A DNA stretch of 47,891 nt from Roseiarcus sp. GTDB lineage: Bacteria > Pseudomonadota > Alphaproteobacteria > Rhizobiales > Beijerinckiaceae. Of the stretch, positions 20,042 to 30,048 are shown in pieces. Under the pieces are notes generated by a model. The model worked only from the letters and a program-made list of their open reading frames with translations. It searched no databases and was not told where the DNA came from. The stretch is taken from the NCBI RefSeq assembly GCF_052145395.1, contig NZ_JBKQOT010000827.1:1-47891 (forward strand), read 5' to 3'. The position numbers were made by a program, and so were the translations under genes. The number at the start of each line of letters is the position of its first letter. Position 1 is the stretch's first letter.

Positions 20042-21937
20042 TCAGCCGCCTTCGGCGGATTGCATCACGGACGGGTTGACGGTGACGCCGAGCGACCGGC
20101 GCAGCCCGGCGATGTACTGGTCGATCAGGCTCTCGCGGGTCGCACCGTCGAGCTGCTGGGCCATCGACTTGACGCGAGGGTCGATCGCGTCGACGGGCGG
20201 CGTCTGGTCCGCGGTGATCTTGAACACCGTCCGGCCCTCGGGCGTGGCGGCCGATCCCACTCCATCCGCAGGCTCACGGTAAATGGCCGCGACCACCGAC
20301 TCCGGTAGACTCGATTTCTCGTCGCGATGGATGTCGACGACCGACTTGACCGTCGCGCCGACGCTCTTGGCGACATCGGCGGCGCTCGCGCCAGTCCGCA
20401 ACTGCTTGACGAGATCATCGGCCTTGGCGGCCAGCGCCTTCTCGACCTGCTCGGTCCGCCACTGCGCCTCGACCTCGGGCTTTGCCTCCTCGAAGGTGCG
20501 CTCGTGCGACGGCTCGACCTTGGTCACGGCCAACCAGACGAAGCCGCCGTCCTTGGTCTGCAGCGGCGCCTCGTCCAGGCCGACATCGGAGGCGAATGCC
20601 GCCCGGAGAAGATCGGGGCCGTCGGGCAGCGGGACCTCTTTGCCGTTCGGGTCCTTGCCTGTCGCGTCGATGGCGGCGACGGACTGGGTCGTCAGGCCCG
20701 CCTCCTTCGCGGCTTCGGGGAGTGGCTTTCCGGACACGCGCAGGTCCTCGATCTTGTCATGCAGGGCCTGGATCTTGTCGCCGGCGCGGCTGGCCGAGAT
20801 CCGCCGCTTGATCTCGTCGGCGACTTCAGCGAACGGCTTGACCGTCGCCGGCGTGATGGTCTTCACCCGGACGATCACTGGGCCGAATTGGCTGGTCAGA
20901 ACGCCGCTCACCCCGCCGGCCGGCAGGGCGAACACCGACTCGGCCTCGGCCGGGTCGATAATGGCGTCCTTGGCGGTCTGACCGAGTTCAACGTCCTCCG
21001 GCTTCAGATTGCGATCCTTGAGGATGTCGTCGAAGCTCGCGCCGGCCTTGATCTTGGCTTCCGCCGCGTCGGCGTCGGCCTGATTGGGAAACAGGATTTG
21101 CTCGAGATCGCGCTTCTCCGGCGCGCCGTATTTCGGGTCCTTGCCCGCGACCTTGGCGTAGGCGGCTTCGGCGTCCGCATCGCTCACCTCGGCGGGGTTG
21201 GCGAGCGTCTCCGGCTCGAGCGCGACCACGTCCATCGCGCGGAACTCCGGCGCCCGGTAGGTCGATTTGCGATCGTCGAAGTACGCCTTCAGCGTTTCGT
21301 CGGATGGCGCAGGAATGTCTCCGGCGGCCGCCGCCGGGAGGACGAACGTGTCGGCCGACCGCGTCTGGCCCTCGGTATCGGCCTCCGACGTCACCATGGC
21401 CTTCGGCGCGGCCACGCCGGTCGCGAGCGCTGCGATGATGAACTGGCGCAGCGCGTTCTTCTTCAGTTCGGTGACGTAGAAGCGCTCGTTCAGGTCGTTG
21501 TCGCGCAGCAGGGACGCGAACTTCTGCGGGTCGAAGGCGCCGGAGCTGTCCTGAAAATCCGGATTGGCCGTAATCATGGCGCGCAGCGCCTCGTCGGAAA
21601 CGTCGAGGCCGAGCTTGCGCGCTTCCTCGTCGATCGCCGCCTCGCTGATCATCCGCTGCAACACCTGACGGTCGAGCCCGATGGCGCGGGCCTGCTCGGT
21701 GGTGAAGGGCTGGCGCAGCCGCCTCTGGTATTGCTGCAGGGTGCGCTGGAACTGGTAGCGGTAGTCCTGCGACGAAATCTTGGCGCCGCCGACCGAGGCG
21801 ACGTTCGAAGCGGTGAAGCCGCGCAGCATGTCGCCGACGCCCCAGATGACGAAGCTCACGATGATGAGCCCCATCACAACGGTCATGATGGCCTTGCCGA
21901 CAACCCCCTGGGTTGCGTTGCGCATCGATTCAAGCAT
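20042..21937 (-). CDS. ppiD: Periplasmic chaperone/peptidyl-prolyl isomerase PpiD (SurA N-terminal plus rotamase)
   Basis: N-terminal TM SFVIWG.GD, SurA_N region, PE.R rotamase; conserved position between tpiA and trpE. Confidence 0.85.
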   Translation of the reverse strand: MLESMRNATQGVVGKAIMTVVMGLIIVSFVIWGVGDMLRGFTASNVASVGGAKISSQDYRYQFQRTLQQYQRRLRQPFTTEQARAIGLDRQVLQRMISEAAIDEEARKLGLDVSDEALRAMITANPDFQDSSGAFDPQKFASLLRDNDLNERFYVTELKKNALRQFIIAALATGVAAPKAMVTSEADTEGQTRSADTFVLPAAAAGDIPAPSDETLKAYFDDRKSTYRAPEFRAMDVVALEPETLANPAEVSDADAEAAYAKVAGKDPKYGAPEKRDLEQILFPNQADADAAEAKIKAGASFDDILKDRNLKPEDVELGQTAKDAIIDPAEAESVFALPAGGVSGVLTSQFGPVIVRVKTITPATVKPFAEVADEIKRRISASRAGDKIQALHDKIEDLRVSGKPLPEAAKEAGLTTQSVAAIDATGKDPNGKEVPLPDGPDLLRAAFASDVGLDEAPLQTKDGGFVWLAVTKVEPSHERTFEEAKPEVEAQWRTEQVEKALAAKADDLVKQLRTGASAADVAKSVGATVKSVVDIHRDEKSSLPESVVAAIYREPADGVGSAATPEGRTVFKITADQTPPVDAIDPRVKSMAQQLDGATRESLIDQYIAGLRRSLGVTVNPSVMQSAEGG

Positions 21938-22057
21938 TCGGGTCCTTCGCCTCTTCCGTCGCCGCTTGGACCGCGCCTATTAGCCGCAGCCGGCCGCTTT
22001 GCATAGGCTTTCGGCGGATGATAACACCGCGCCGGCCAATTCAAGGAGACAAGGACT

Positions 22058-22816
22058 ATGACCCCGGACGTCCGCCCGCTCGTCGCCGGCAACTGGAAAA
22101 TGAACGGCCTCACGGCGTCGCTTGCCGAGATCGAGGCAATGCGCAAGGCGGCCGACGCCGGGGAGGCGGGCGCGGCCGAACTCGCGGTCTGCCCGCCGTT
22201 CACCCTGATCGCGCTGGCGGCCTCAAAGCTCAAAGGCGGGACGGTGACTTGGGGCGGGCAGGATTGCAGCCCGCAGGCGAGCGGCGCTTTCACCGGCGAC
22301 ACCTCCGCCGCGATGCTGAAGGATCTCGGCGCGACCTATGCAATCGTCGGCCATTCGGAACGCCGCACCATCCATCACGAGACCAACGCTGAGGTGCGCG
22401 CGAAGGCCGAGGCGGCGATCAAGACCGGGCTCGTGGCGATCGTCTGCGTCGGCGAGACGCGCGCCGAGCGCGAGTCGGGCCTCGAATACGCCGTCGTGTC
22501 GCGCCAAGTCCGGGAATCGTTGCCGCCGGATGGGGGGCCTGCGACGGTCGTCGTCGCCTATGAGCCGGTCTGGGCGATCGGCACCGGCCTCACGCCGACG
22601 CCGGCAGACGTCGCCAAGATGCACGACTCGATCCGCAAGCTGCTCGGCGAGATTTATGGGCCGGCTGGGGCGAAGGTGCGGATCCTTTACGGAGGCTCGG
22701 TCAAGCCGTCCAACGCCAAGGAACTCCTCGGCATCAACAACGTCGACGGCGCTCTCGTTGGCGGCGCCAGCCTCAAGGCTGCGGATTTCCTGGCGATCGC
22801 GGCCGCTTATCGCTGA
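22058..22816 (+). CDS. tpiA: Triosephosphate isomerase
   Basis: [38 protein letters not shown]. Confidence 0.97.
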   Translation: MTPDVRPLVAGNWKMNGLTASLAEIEAMRKAADAGEAGAAELAVCPPFTLIALAASKLKGGTVTWGGQDCSPQASGAFTGDTSAAMLKDLGATYAIVGHSERRTIHHETNAEVRAKAEAAIKTGLVAIVCVGETRAERESGLEYAVVSRQVRESLPPDGGPATVVVAYEPVWAIGTGLTPTPADVAKMHDSIRKLLGEIYGPAGAKVRILYGGSVKPSNAKELLGINNVDGALVGGASLKAADFLAIAAAYR

Positions 22817-22927
22817 GGGCGAGCCCCGATCGACCCGATGGACGCGCCCCTTGCGCCGTGGTAGGAGCGCGCCAACTTTTCATGAACGCCGGCCTTCACG
22901 GCCGGCGCTTTCGTCGTTAGAGCCCCC

Positions 22928-23335
22928 ATGCAATCGGTCCTGATCGTCATTCACATCCTCATCGTGGTCGCGCTCATCGCGGTCGTCCTGTTGCAGCGCT
23001 CCGAAGGCGGCGTGCTGGGATCGGGCGGCGGCTCCAGCAATTTCATGACCGGGCGCGGCCAGGCGAATGCGCTGTCGCGCGCGACCGCGATCCTTGGGAC
23101 GCTGTTCTTCGCGACGTCGATCCTGATGTCGATCATCGCCGGGTGGAGCCGTGCGCCCCATTCGATTTTGACCAAGGGACCGGTCGCTCCGGCGAGCCAG
23201 CAGGCGCCTCAGCCGGTCAATCCGGGCAACATCCTCGACCAACTGAAGCAGCTTCAGGGCCAGTCGAACGCCCCGGCGGCGCCCTCGGCTCCGGCTCCGG
23301 CACCGGCCGCGCCCGCCCCGGCGCAGAAGCCCTAA
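22928..23335 (+). CDS. secG: Preprotein translocase subunit SecG
   Basis: VLLQRSEGG.LG.GGG...RG.AN.L.RATAIL..LFF; directly after tpiA. Confidence 0.93.
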   Translation: MQSVLIVIHILIVVALIAVVLLQRSEGGVLGSGGGSSNFMTGRGQANALSRATAILGTLFFATSILMSIIAGWSRAPHSILTKGPVAPASQQAPQPVNPGNILDQLKQLQGQSNAPAAPSAPAPAPAAPAPAQKP

Positions 23336-23369
23336 TCCGCTAGGCGGGGCGGCCTCGGAGGCCTCAGGC

Positions 23370-23825
23370 GTGCCGTCCTTCCGCAACGAGCGCCGCGTCC
23401 GGCACCGGTCCGACCAGATGTTTGACCTGGTCGCCGACGTCGAGCGCTATCCGGAATTCGTGCCGCTCTGCACCGGGATGCGGGTGCGCAGCCGGCGCCC
23501 GGACGGGCAGGGCCGTGACACGCTGATCGCCGAGATGTCGATCGGCTACAAGATGATCCGCGAGAAGTTCACCAGCCGGGTCCAGCTCGACAAGCCGCGC
23601 CTGCGCGTCGTGGTCGAATATATCGACGGGCCGTTCAGCTATCTGGAGAACATCTGGACGTTCCGCGACGAGCCGGAGCCGGGACGCTCGCTCGTCACCT
23701 TCTTCATCGATTATGAGTTCCGCAGCCGGACGTTCAGCGCGTTGATGGGCTCGATGTTCGACGCCGCCTTCCGCAAGTTCGCGCAAGCCTTCGAGGAGCG
23801 GGCGGACGCGCTCTACCGGGCGTAG
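23370..23825 (+). CDS. ratA: RatA/PasT (Coq10-like START domain) protein
   Basis: MFDLVADVERYPEFVPLC, E.FTSRV, DGPFSYLEN.W.F, AFEERA. Confidence 0.88.
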   Translation: MPSFRNERRVRHRSDQMFDLVADVERYPEFVPLCTGMRVRSRRPDGQGRDTLIAEMSIGYKMIREKFTSRVQLDKPRLRVVVEYIDGPFSYLENIWTFRDEPEPGRSLVTFFIDYEFRSRTFSALMGSMFDAAFRKFAQAFEERADALYRA

Positions 23826-23867
23826 GCGCTTTGCGCCTCCGCTTTCTGCCGCGCTCGCCGATCGCGG

Positions 23868-24368
23868 CTACACGGCCGCCTCAAGCAGGTCGAGCGCGAC
23901 GCGCACCGACGCGAGGCGCACCGCGCCGCGGCCGATGTCGCCGAACCGCGCCTCGCGCGCCACGATCGGCTGGCCGTGACGGGCGCAACCGAACCAGACG
24001 AGGCCGACCGGTTTCTCCGCCGAGCCGCCATCCGGCCCCGCGATTCCCGTGACGCTGACGGCGAGTTCGGCGCGCGAGGCTTTGAGCGCGCCTTCCGCCA
24101 TAGCCCGGGCGGTCGCCTCGCTGACGGCGCCGTGGGTGGCGATCGTCGCCGCAGGCACGCCGAGCAGCTCCTCCTTGGCGTCATCGGAATAGACGACGAA
24201 GCCGCGCTCGACGACCGCGGACGAACCGGCGATCTCGGTCAGCAGCCCGGCGATGAGGCCGCCCGTGCAGGACTCGGCGGTCGCCACCTTGAGGCCTGCG
24301 GCGCCGCAGCGATCGAGGAGGGCGGCGGCGCGGGCGGTAAGGTCGGGAGGAAAGAGGCCCGCCGTCAT
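23868..24368 (-). CDS. cinA: CinA C-terminal family protein (NMN deamidase PncC-like)
   Basis: ATAESCTGGL, GSS....GFVVYS..AK, GAVSE..A..MA.G, SVTGIAGPDGG...KPVGLV. Confidence 0.9.
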   Translation of the reverse strand: MTAGLFPPDLTARAAALLDRCGAAGLKVATAESCTGGLIAGLLTEIAGSSAVVERGFVVYSDDAKEELLGVPAATIATHGAVSEATARAMAEGALKASRAELAVSVTGIAGPDGGSAEKPVGLVWFGCARHGQPIVAREARFGDIGRGAVRLASVRVALDLLEAAV

Positions 24369-25339
24369 CGCCGGTCGAAGTCCTTCGCCCAGTCCGGCCT
24401 GGCGCCGGCTTTCGCCGCGATCGCGGGCAGGGCGTCCTCAGCGCCCTGCCGAACCTTGGCGGTGACTTCGGGATAGGTCCGGTAGAAGTCATCGCGCACC
24501 GCGATCACGGCAGGCGTCGCAATCGACTTGATCGCGCTGAACCGGCCGGACTCGAGCGTCGCAGTCGCGTAGAGGCTGCGCCCGTTGAAGGGGATGCCGA
24601 GCAGCTTGTCGCTTGGGCGCAGGTCGGCGAACTTGAAGATGCGCTGTTTCGTCTTGGGGTCGACCGTGTCGCGCACCTCCTGCAGCAACGGCGACTGCGG
24701 CCCGTCCATCACGAAGAACGCGTCGATCTGATGGTCGCGCAGCTTGTTGAGCGCGGTCTCCGACCCGTCGGGGGAGATGTCGACCAGCTGCTTCCACTCC
24801 GGCGCGTTGGCGAGGATATTGCGCAAAGTGAGTTCTCCGCCCGAGCCCGATCCGCCGGCGGCGATTTTGAGCACAGTTCCCGGCGGAAGGCGGTCGATCA
24901 GGTCGCCGAATTTGCCTTCGCGCTGATCGGCGCGCAGCACCATGAAGCCCTCATACGGATAGAGCGGAGCGCCGAGCGCGACGACCTTGCCGGCGCAGTC
25001 GGGTTTGGCCGAGCGCACCGCGAGGACGTCCGCCTGCACGACCGCCATCTGCACGTCGCCGTCGCAGAGACCGTCGACCGACTCGACGCTGCCCTTGGAT
25101 TCGAGCGGCTTCAGCCGGACGTTCTGGCTGACGGTCTTGGCGTTGATCTCCGGTACGACGACGGCGCAATTCTCTTTGTCGAGCTTGCCGCAGGCGACCT
25201 CGACCTCGACCGTCTCGGCCTTTTCCTTGGCGGCGCGGCGCTCGGAAAGCGACTCGCCAAAGGCGGGAGCGGCCGCGAGAAGCGCAATCAGCGAAGCAAC
25301 GGCGGCGGGACGGAAGCTGAGGGGCATGAGTTTTCCCAT
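24365..25339 (-). CDS. TAXI-like periplasmic solute-binding protein
   Basis: Signal peptide; GSVESV..L..G....AVVQADV, LY.....MV.RAD, G..GSGG..T, L....IDAFF. Confidence 0.65.
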   Translation of the reverse strand: MGKLMPLSFRPAAVASLIALLAAAPAFGESLSERRAAKEKAETVEVEVACGKLDKENCAVVVPEINAKTVSQNVRLKPLESKGSVESVDGLCDGDVQMAVVQADVLAVRSAKPDCAGKVVALGAPLYPYEGFMVLRADQREGKFGDLIDRLPPGTVLKIAAGGSGSGGELTLRNILANAPEWKQLVDISPDGSETALNKLRDHQIDAFFVMDGPQSPLLQEVRDTVDPKTKQRIFKFADLRPSDKLLGIPFNGRSLYATATLESGRFSAIKSIATPAVIAVRDDFYRTYPEVTAKVRQGAEDALPAIAAKAGARPDWAKDFDRR

Positions 25340-25440
25340 GTAAAGGACCGTAGTCGCGGTCCGAGAGGCGCCAAATGCGCCTATGACACAGTGTTCGCCA
25401 AAATCATGACAAATCGGCGAACCTGCGGCTCATTGCCGCG

Positions 25441-28400
25441 TCAGGCGACCGCATCGAGCCGGCTTCGCACCTTGGCCGCAAGCTCTTCCAGGGAAAAGGG
25501 TTTGCTCAGAAGATGCACGCCGGGGTTCAGCCGGCCGTTCCGGGAAAGCGCGTCGCGGCTGTAGCCCGTCATGTAGAGCACCCGCAGGCCCGGCCGGCGC
25601 CGGACCGCCTCCTCGGCGAGCTCGCGCCCATTGTATTCGCCGGGCATGACGACGTCCGTCAGCATGAGGTCCACCGAGGGCGCGTCGTCCAGGATGGCCA
25701 GAGCGGCCTTTCCGTTCGGGGCCTCCGCGACCCGGTAACCGAGCTCGCGCAGCGCTTCCGTCGTATAGGCTCGCACGCCGTCGTCGTCTTCGACGAGCAG
25801 AATGCTTTCCCGACCGCCCGCGCCGGTGAACTGAACCTGAGCGCGCTCCGTCGCTCCGCCTGAGAGCGCCGTTTGGCGGGGAAGAAACATGCGGACGGTC
25901 GTCCCATGTCCCGGCTCGCTTTCGATCTGGGCGTGACCGCCGGACTGGCGGCAGAATCCGTAGACTTGGCTGAGGCCGAGGCCGGTCCCCTTGCCGACTT
26001 CCTTGGTGGTGAAAAACGGGTCGAACGCGCGCGCGAGCGTCGGCGCGTCCATGCCGGCGCCGGTGTCCATGACGGCGATGGCGACGTAATCGCCCGGCTC
26101 GATGCGCTCTGGCAAGGCGGCGACGTCAGCCTCGCCGAGCGTGCGGTTCGCGGTCTGGATGACCAGGCTGCCGCCCCGGGGCATGGCGTCCCGCGCGTTG
26201 AGCGCCAGATTGATCAGCGCGTTCTCGAGCTGGTTAGGATCGACGAACGCGCTCCAGACGCCGTCCGCGAGGAGGGTTTTCAGGACGATGCGCTCGCCGA
26301 GCGTCCGCTGGAGGAGATCGCTCAAGCCCCCGACGAGCGCGTTGGGATCGACCCGCAGCGGAGCTAGCGCCTGTCGACGAGAGAACGCCAGAAGGCGACT
26401 GGTCAGCGCGCGAGCGCGCTGGACGCCCTGGAGCGACATGTCCGCGGACCTTTGAATCCGCGCTTTGGCCGGAATATCCGGCATTTGAGCGACTTGCCGG
26501 TCGATGGCGTCCAGGCCGCCGAGGACGACGGTGAGCATGTTGTTGAAATCGTGCGCGACCCCGCCGGTGAGTTGGCCCAGCGCCTCCATCTTCTGCGCCT
26601 GCCGCAGCTGCTCCTCGAGGCGTCTGCGCTCCGTCACGTCGCGCGCGCTGACGACGACGCGGCGCGGCTTGCCGTCGCCGCTCGGGACCGCCGTTGCGAC
26701 GGCTTCGACGACTCGGCCTGCGTGCAGGCGTTCATACCGATATGTCCCGCCTTCGGCGACACAGGCTCTCAGATGGCGGTCGACCTCGGCGCCCGAGTCC
26801 GGTCCCAAAGCCTCGGTCGCCAACCGTCCAACGACCGCGTCGCGCGGCAGGCCGTAAAGTTGGACCAACGCCGGGTTAATTTCCTGAAACCGGAAGCCAT
26901 TGTCCTCCTCGACGAGCACGGCGTGGCATTCGGCCGAGTGCTGGAAGAATGTCCTGACCAGGGCCTCGCTTGCGGCAAGCTCAGCGGTCCGCTCGCCGAC
27001 CCGCCGCTCCAGCGTTTCGTTGATCCGCGCGAGCGCCCGCTGCGCTCTCTTGGCGTCGGTGATGTCATGCGCGACCCCGATGTAGCCGACATGTTCCCCC
27101 TCAATGTTCCGGCGAGGCTGCGATATCGCCCTCAGCCAGCGCCAGCGCCCGTCGGCGCGCTTGAACCGGGCCTCGACGACGACCGACGTGGTCTTGGCGT
27201 CGATGGTCGGCGCGGCGCCGAGGATCCGGGGCAGATCATCGGGGTGCAACGCCTGCCGCCAGTCGTAGGAAAGCGCCTCCTCGTAGGTTCCGCCGAAGTA
27301 GTCGAGATAGGCCTGGTTGACGAATTCGCGCATCCCGTTCGCGCCGGTCACCCAGATGAGCACGGGCGCGCTGTTGGCGATGGCTCGGAACCGCGCCTCG
27401 CTGTCCGCGAGCGCGCGCGCGGCCAATTTGCGCTGGGTGATGTCGGTGACGACCACGTAAACGCCAAGGATGCGGCCGGCGGCGTCGCGATTCGGGACGT
27501 GGACCACCTCCGTGTAAGCCACGCCGTGCGATCGCGGAAATTCGACTTCGTAGGTGACGTCCTCTCCCGCGAGCCCCCGTTCGAGGTTCTCCCGGCGCGC
27601 CGCATACATGTCGGGCGGCATGACCTCCTCGACGCGTCGGCCGACGATCTCGCTCCGCGGACGTTCAAACCATAATTCATAGGTCTTGTTGACGAAGCGG
27701 AATACCCGGCCGCTGTCGATATACGAAATCAGGACGGGCAGCGCGTCCGCGATCGCCCGCAGCCGCTCCTCGCTCGCGACCGCCTCCTGCTCGGCAAGCT
27801 TCCGCTCCGTGATATCGCTGTGGGCGCCAATAAGGGCGATCGGGCGGCCGTGTTCGTCCCGCTCGATCTCGGCCAGCGCGCGAATCCAGCGAACGGCCCC
27901 GTCGCTCGGACGAACGATGCGGTACTCCGACGCGTAGGTGGACGAGCCGCCCTTGAGGGCGTCGAGGAAATGGTTGGCCGTCCGTTCGCGGTCCTCCGGG
28001 TGGATGCGCGCGACCCAGTCCTCGTGCGACTCGACAGCCGATGTTTCCGGCAGTCCGTGGATCTTGAGGTATTCCGGCGAGCGGTGTCCGGAGAAGCCGC
28101 CGCGAACGTCGACGCGCATGCCCCCGATGAGGCCGATCTCCTGAACCCGCTGAAGCTCGAGCTCGCGCTGCCTGAGCCGTTCGAACACGGCCTTGCGCTC
28201 GGTCGCGTCCCGGAAGGAGACGCCGATCCCGTCGCCGAGCGGGAACGCGCGAACCTCATGCCATCGGACGGGGGACCGGGTCGTGAAGCTCTCGAACACC
28301 TGCTTTTCGCGATCGGCCATCACCTTGCGGTAGCGACGCTCGAATTCGCTCCCGCGAACGGTCGGCGACACTTCCCACAAGAGCCTCCCGATCACGTCCT

Positions 28401-28596
28401 CGCGGCGGAGCGCAAACATCTCCTCCGCGGCGCGGTTGAAGGCCGTGAACCGCCACTCCGAGTCCAGGGCGAAGAACCCCTCGGCCATCCCGTCCAGAAG
28501 CTCATCGACAACCGGCCTGCTTTCGTTCGACACCCCCGGCAGGGTCGCCAAGGTTCTCCCGCCCGCTTCTGCGGCCAAAGCTCGATCCGTGGTCAT
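25441..28596 (-). CDS. Multi-PAS hybrid sensor histidine kinase/response regulator
   Basis: Several PAS/PAC repeats; H-box GGVAHDFNN; NLALNARDAM, DTGAGM, FFTTK..GKGTGLGL; C-terminal receiver (LLVEDD, TDVVMP, KPF). Confidence 0.93.
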   Translation of the reverse strand: MTTDRALAAEAGGRTLATLPGVSNESRPVVDELLDGMAEGFFALDSEWRFTAFNRAAEEMFALRREDVIGRLLWEVSPTVRGSEFERRYRKVMADREKQVFESFTTRSPVRWHEVRAFPLGDGIGVSFRDATERKAVFERLRQRELELQRVQEIGLIGGMRVDVRGGFSGHRSPEYLKIHGLPETSAVESHEDWVARIHPEDRERTANHFLDALKGGSSTYASEYRIVRPSDGAVRWIRALAEIERDEHGRPIALIGAHSDITERKLAEQEAVASEERLRAIADALPVLISYIDSGRVFRFVNKTYELWFERPRSEIVGRRVEEVMPPDMYAARRENLERGLAGEDVTYEVEFPRSHGVAYTEVVHVPNRDAAGRILGVYVVVTDITQRKLAARALADSEARFRAIANSAPVLIWVTGANGMREFVNQAYLDYFGGTYEEALSYDWRQALHPDDLPRILGAAPTIDAKTTSVVVEARFKRADGRWRWLRAISQPRRNIEGEHVGYIGVAHDITDAKRAQRALARINETLERRVGERTAELAASEALVRTFFQHSAECHAVLVEEDNGFRFQEINPALVQLYGLPRDAVVGRLATEALGPDSGAEVDRHLRACVAEGGTYRYERLHAGRVVEAVATAVPSGDGKPRRVVVSARDVTERRRLEEQLRQAQKMEALGQLTGGVAHDFNNMLTVVLGGLDAIDRQVAQMPDIPAKARIQRSADMSLQGVQRARALTSRLLAFSRRQALAPLRVDPNALVGGLSDLLQRTLGERIVLKTLLADGVWSAFVDPNQLENALINLALNARDAMPRGGSLVIQTANRTLGEADVAALPERIEPGDYVAIAVMDTGAGMDAPTLARAFDPFFTTKEVGKGTGLGLSQVYGFCRQSGGHAQIESEPGHGTTVRMFLPRQTALSGGATERAQVQFTGAGGRESILLVEDDDGVRAYTTEALRELGYRVAEAPNGKAALAILDDAPSVDLMLTDVVMPGEYNGRELAEEAVRRRPGLRVLYMTGYSRDALSRNGRLNPGVHLLSKPFSLEELAAKVRSRLDAVA

Positions 28597-28762
28597 CGAC
28601 AGACGTCGTCCCTGGATAGGCGTCAACAACCGGAGACGACACTTAGGCTCTTGAAAAAAGGCTCTAAAGCGGCGACGCCCCCGGAATAGGCGCGCGCAGC
28701 GCGCGGCCTATTCCCCGCGATCGCGGCGTCGGCTAGACGATCCTGCCGCTTTCGGGATCGCC

Positions 28763-29215
28763 ATGACGCATCACGCCAAACCACGACCCTTCACCCTCGA
28801 GGAACTCACCGCCTACCTCGTGGACGTGTTCCCGCAGATCTGGTCGCGCGGCGACTATTCCATCGACGACGTGGGGCCCATGAGCGCGACCGTGCGGCTC
28901 GCCTATCACCCCGACCATCTCAGGCCCGGCGGCACGATCTCGGGGCCGGCGATGTTCACGCTCTCAGACCTCGCGCTCTATGTCGCAATTTTGCACGAAC
29001 TCGGTCGGGTGAAGCTCGCGGTGACCACCAGCCTCACCATCAACTTCTTGCGCAAGCCCGAGCCCAGGGATCTGATCGGCAGGGCGAAGCTGATAAAGCT
29101 CGGCAAGCGGCTCGCGGTCGGAGAGGTGGCGCTCTTCTCCGAGGGTTCTGACGAGATGGCGGCGCACGCGACCGGGACGTATTCCATTCCGGCCAAGGGG
29201 GACGAGGGGGCGTAG
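28763..29215 (+). CDS. PaaI-family hotdog thioesterase
   Basis: HLRPGGTISGP.MF.L.D, AVTT.L.INFLRKP, KLGKRLAVGEV; commonly found upstream of rplM. Confidence 0.88.
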   Translation: MTHHAKPRPFTLEELTAYLVDVFPQIWSRGDYSIDDVGPMSATVRLAYHPDHLRPGGTISGPAMFTLSDLALYVAILHELGRVKLAVTTSLTINFLRKPEPRDLIGRAKLIKLGKRLAVGEVALFSEGSDEMAAHATGTYSIPAKGDEGA

Positions 29216-29500
29216 GACGCGTCGCCGCACGTTTGCGGCCACAATGTGGCGAGCTTGGAATTCCTCAGCGCTCCGCAGCTCTGCCCTCAGGCTCCGCGAA
29301 TTCGGCCTCCGGGGCGTTTGGATTCGTTTGGATTTCCTTGGAATCACTCGTCCGAATCGAGACTTTTCAATGGGTTACGAGCGCGCCCGGGCGAAAATAA
29401 TTCTCTATGGCCCCTCCTCTCGTGGAACGGCGACGCGCCCGCGCTGGCGGGCCGCGCCGCAGGGGAAACCGTGCCTGGCCTGTGATTGCGTCATGAAGGC

Positions 29501-29529
29501 AGCATAGCGTAATTTCGGTTTTTCCGCAA
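29501..29529 (-). promoter_or_regulatory. Sigma70-like promoter TTGCGG-N17-TATGCT firing leftward
   Basis: On the minus strand, -35 at 29529-29524 and -10 at 29506-29501 with an exact 17-nt spacer. Confidence 0.4.
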
Positions 29530-29724
29530 GCTTTTGTTGCGGACAGGATTATCGATCAGAGCGGCGCGCCGGTTGTCCGGGTCGGCTTTGCTTGACCGCC
29601 TCGCCGGTGCAGGCTGCGACCCGCGTCACAGACGGCGTGGGCCGAGCCGAGAATCAGGGCAGTTTGCGAGGGTGACTAGCCGAAGGCTGTCGGGAGCGAG
29701 GGCTGGATTGCTCGGGTCGAAGCC

Positions 29725-29914
29725 TGTCACCCCCGCGGAAGCGGGGGTCCAGAGAACCGCCGCCAGCGTTTGAGACTTGCTTGCGGCGCGGCGCTCGCGA
29801 AATGATGCTGGCATGGGCGAGCGGCATAATTGAGCGACTGGTTCCAGGTCCTGAGAGTCCGGACGTCCCCGCAGTTGGACGGAGCGCTGGACCCCCGCTT
29901 TCGCGGGGGTGACA
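29725..29914. repeat. Inverted pair of 28-bp REP-like palindromes (REPIN-like unit)
   Basis: TGTCACCCCCGCGGAAGCGGGGGTCCAG (29725-29752) and its reverse complement with 1 mismatch (29887-29914). Each arm is itself a hairpin. Confidence 0.85.
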
Positions 29915-30048
29915 ATCTTGCGGGTCACGGTATTATAGTACCGCATATGCAAAGCTGGCAGTTTTCTTGACGATTCCGGCCGCGCGCCGTTGACAATCCG
30001 CTGAGACCGCGGCAAAAGCCCGCGACCTAAGAACTTCGTGGAACCATC

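Noticed and set aside
29244-29507. Short ORFs 29244..29507 and 29246..29485
   Set aside because: They are translations of the TTGGA-repeat/IHF-like segment and are more plausibly non-coding.
29990-30020. TTGACA as the -35 box of the rplM promoter
   Set aside because: Plausible, but no convincing -10 at 16-18 nt, so I did not call it.
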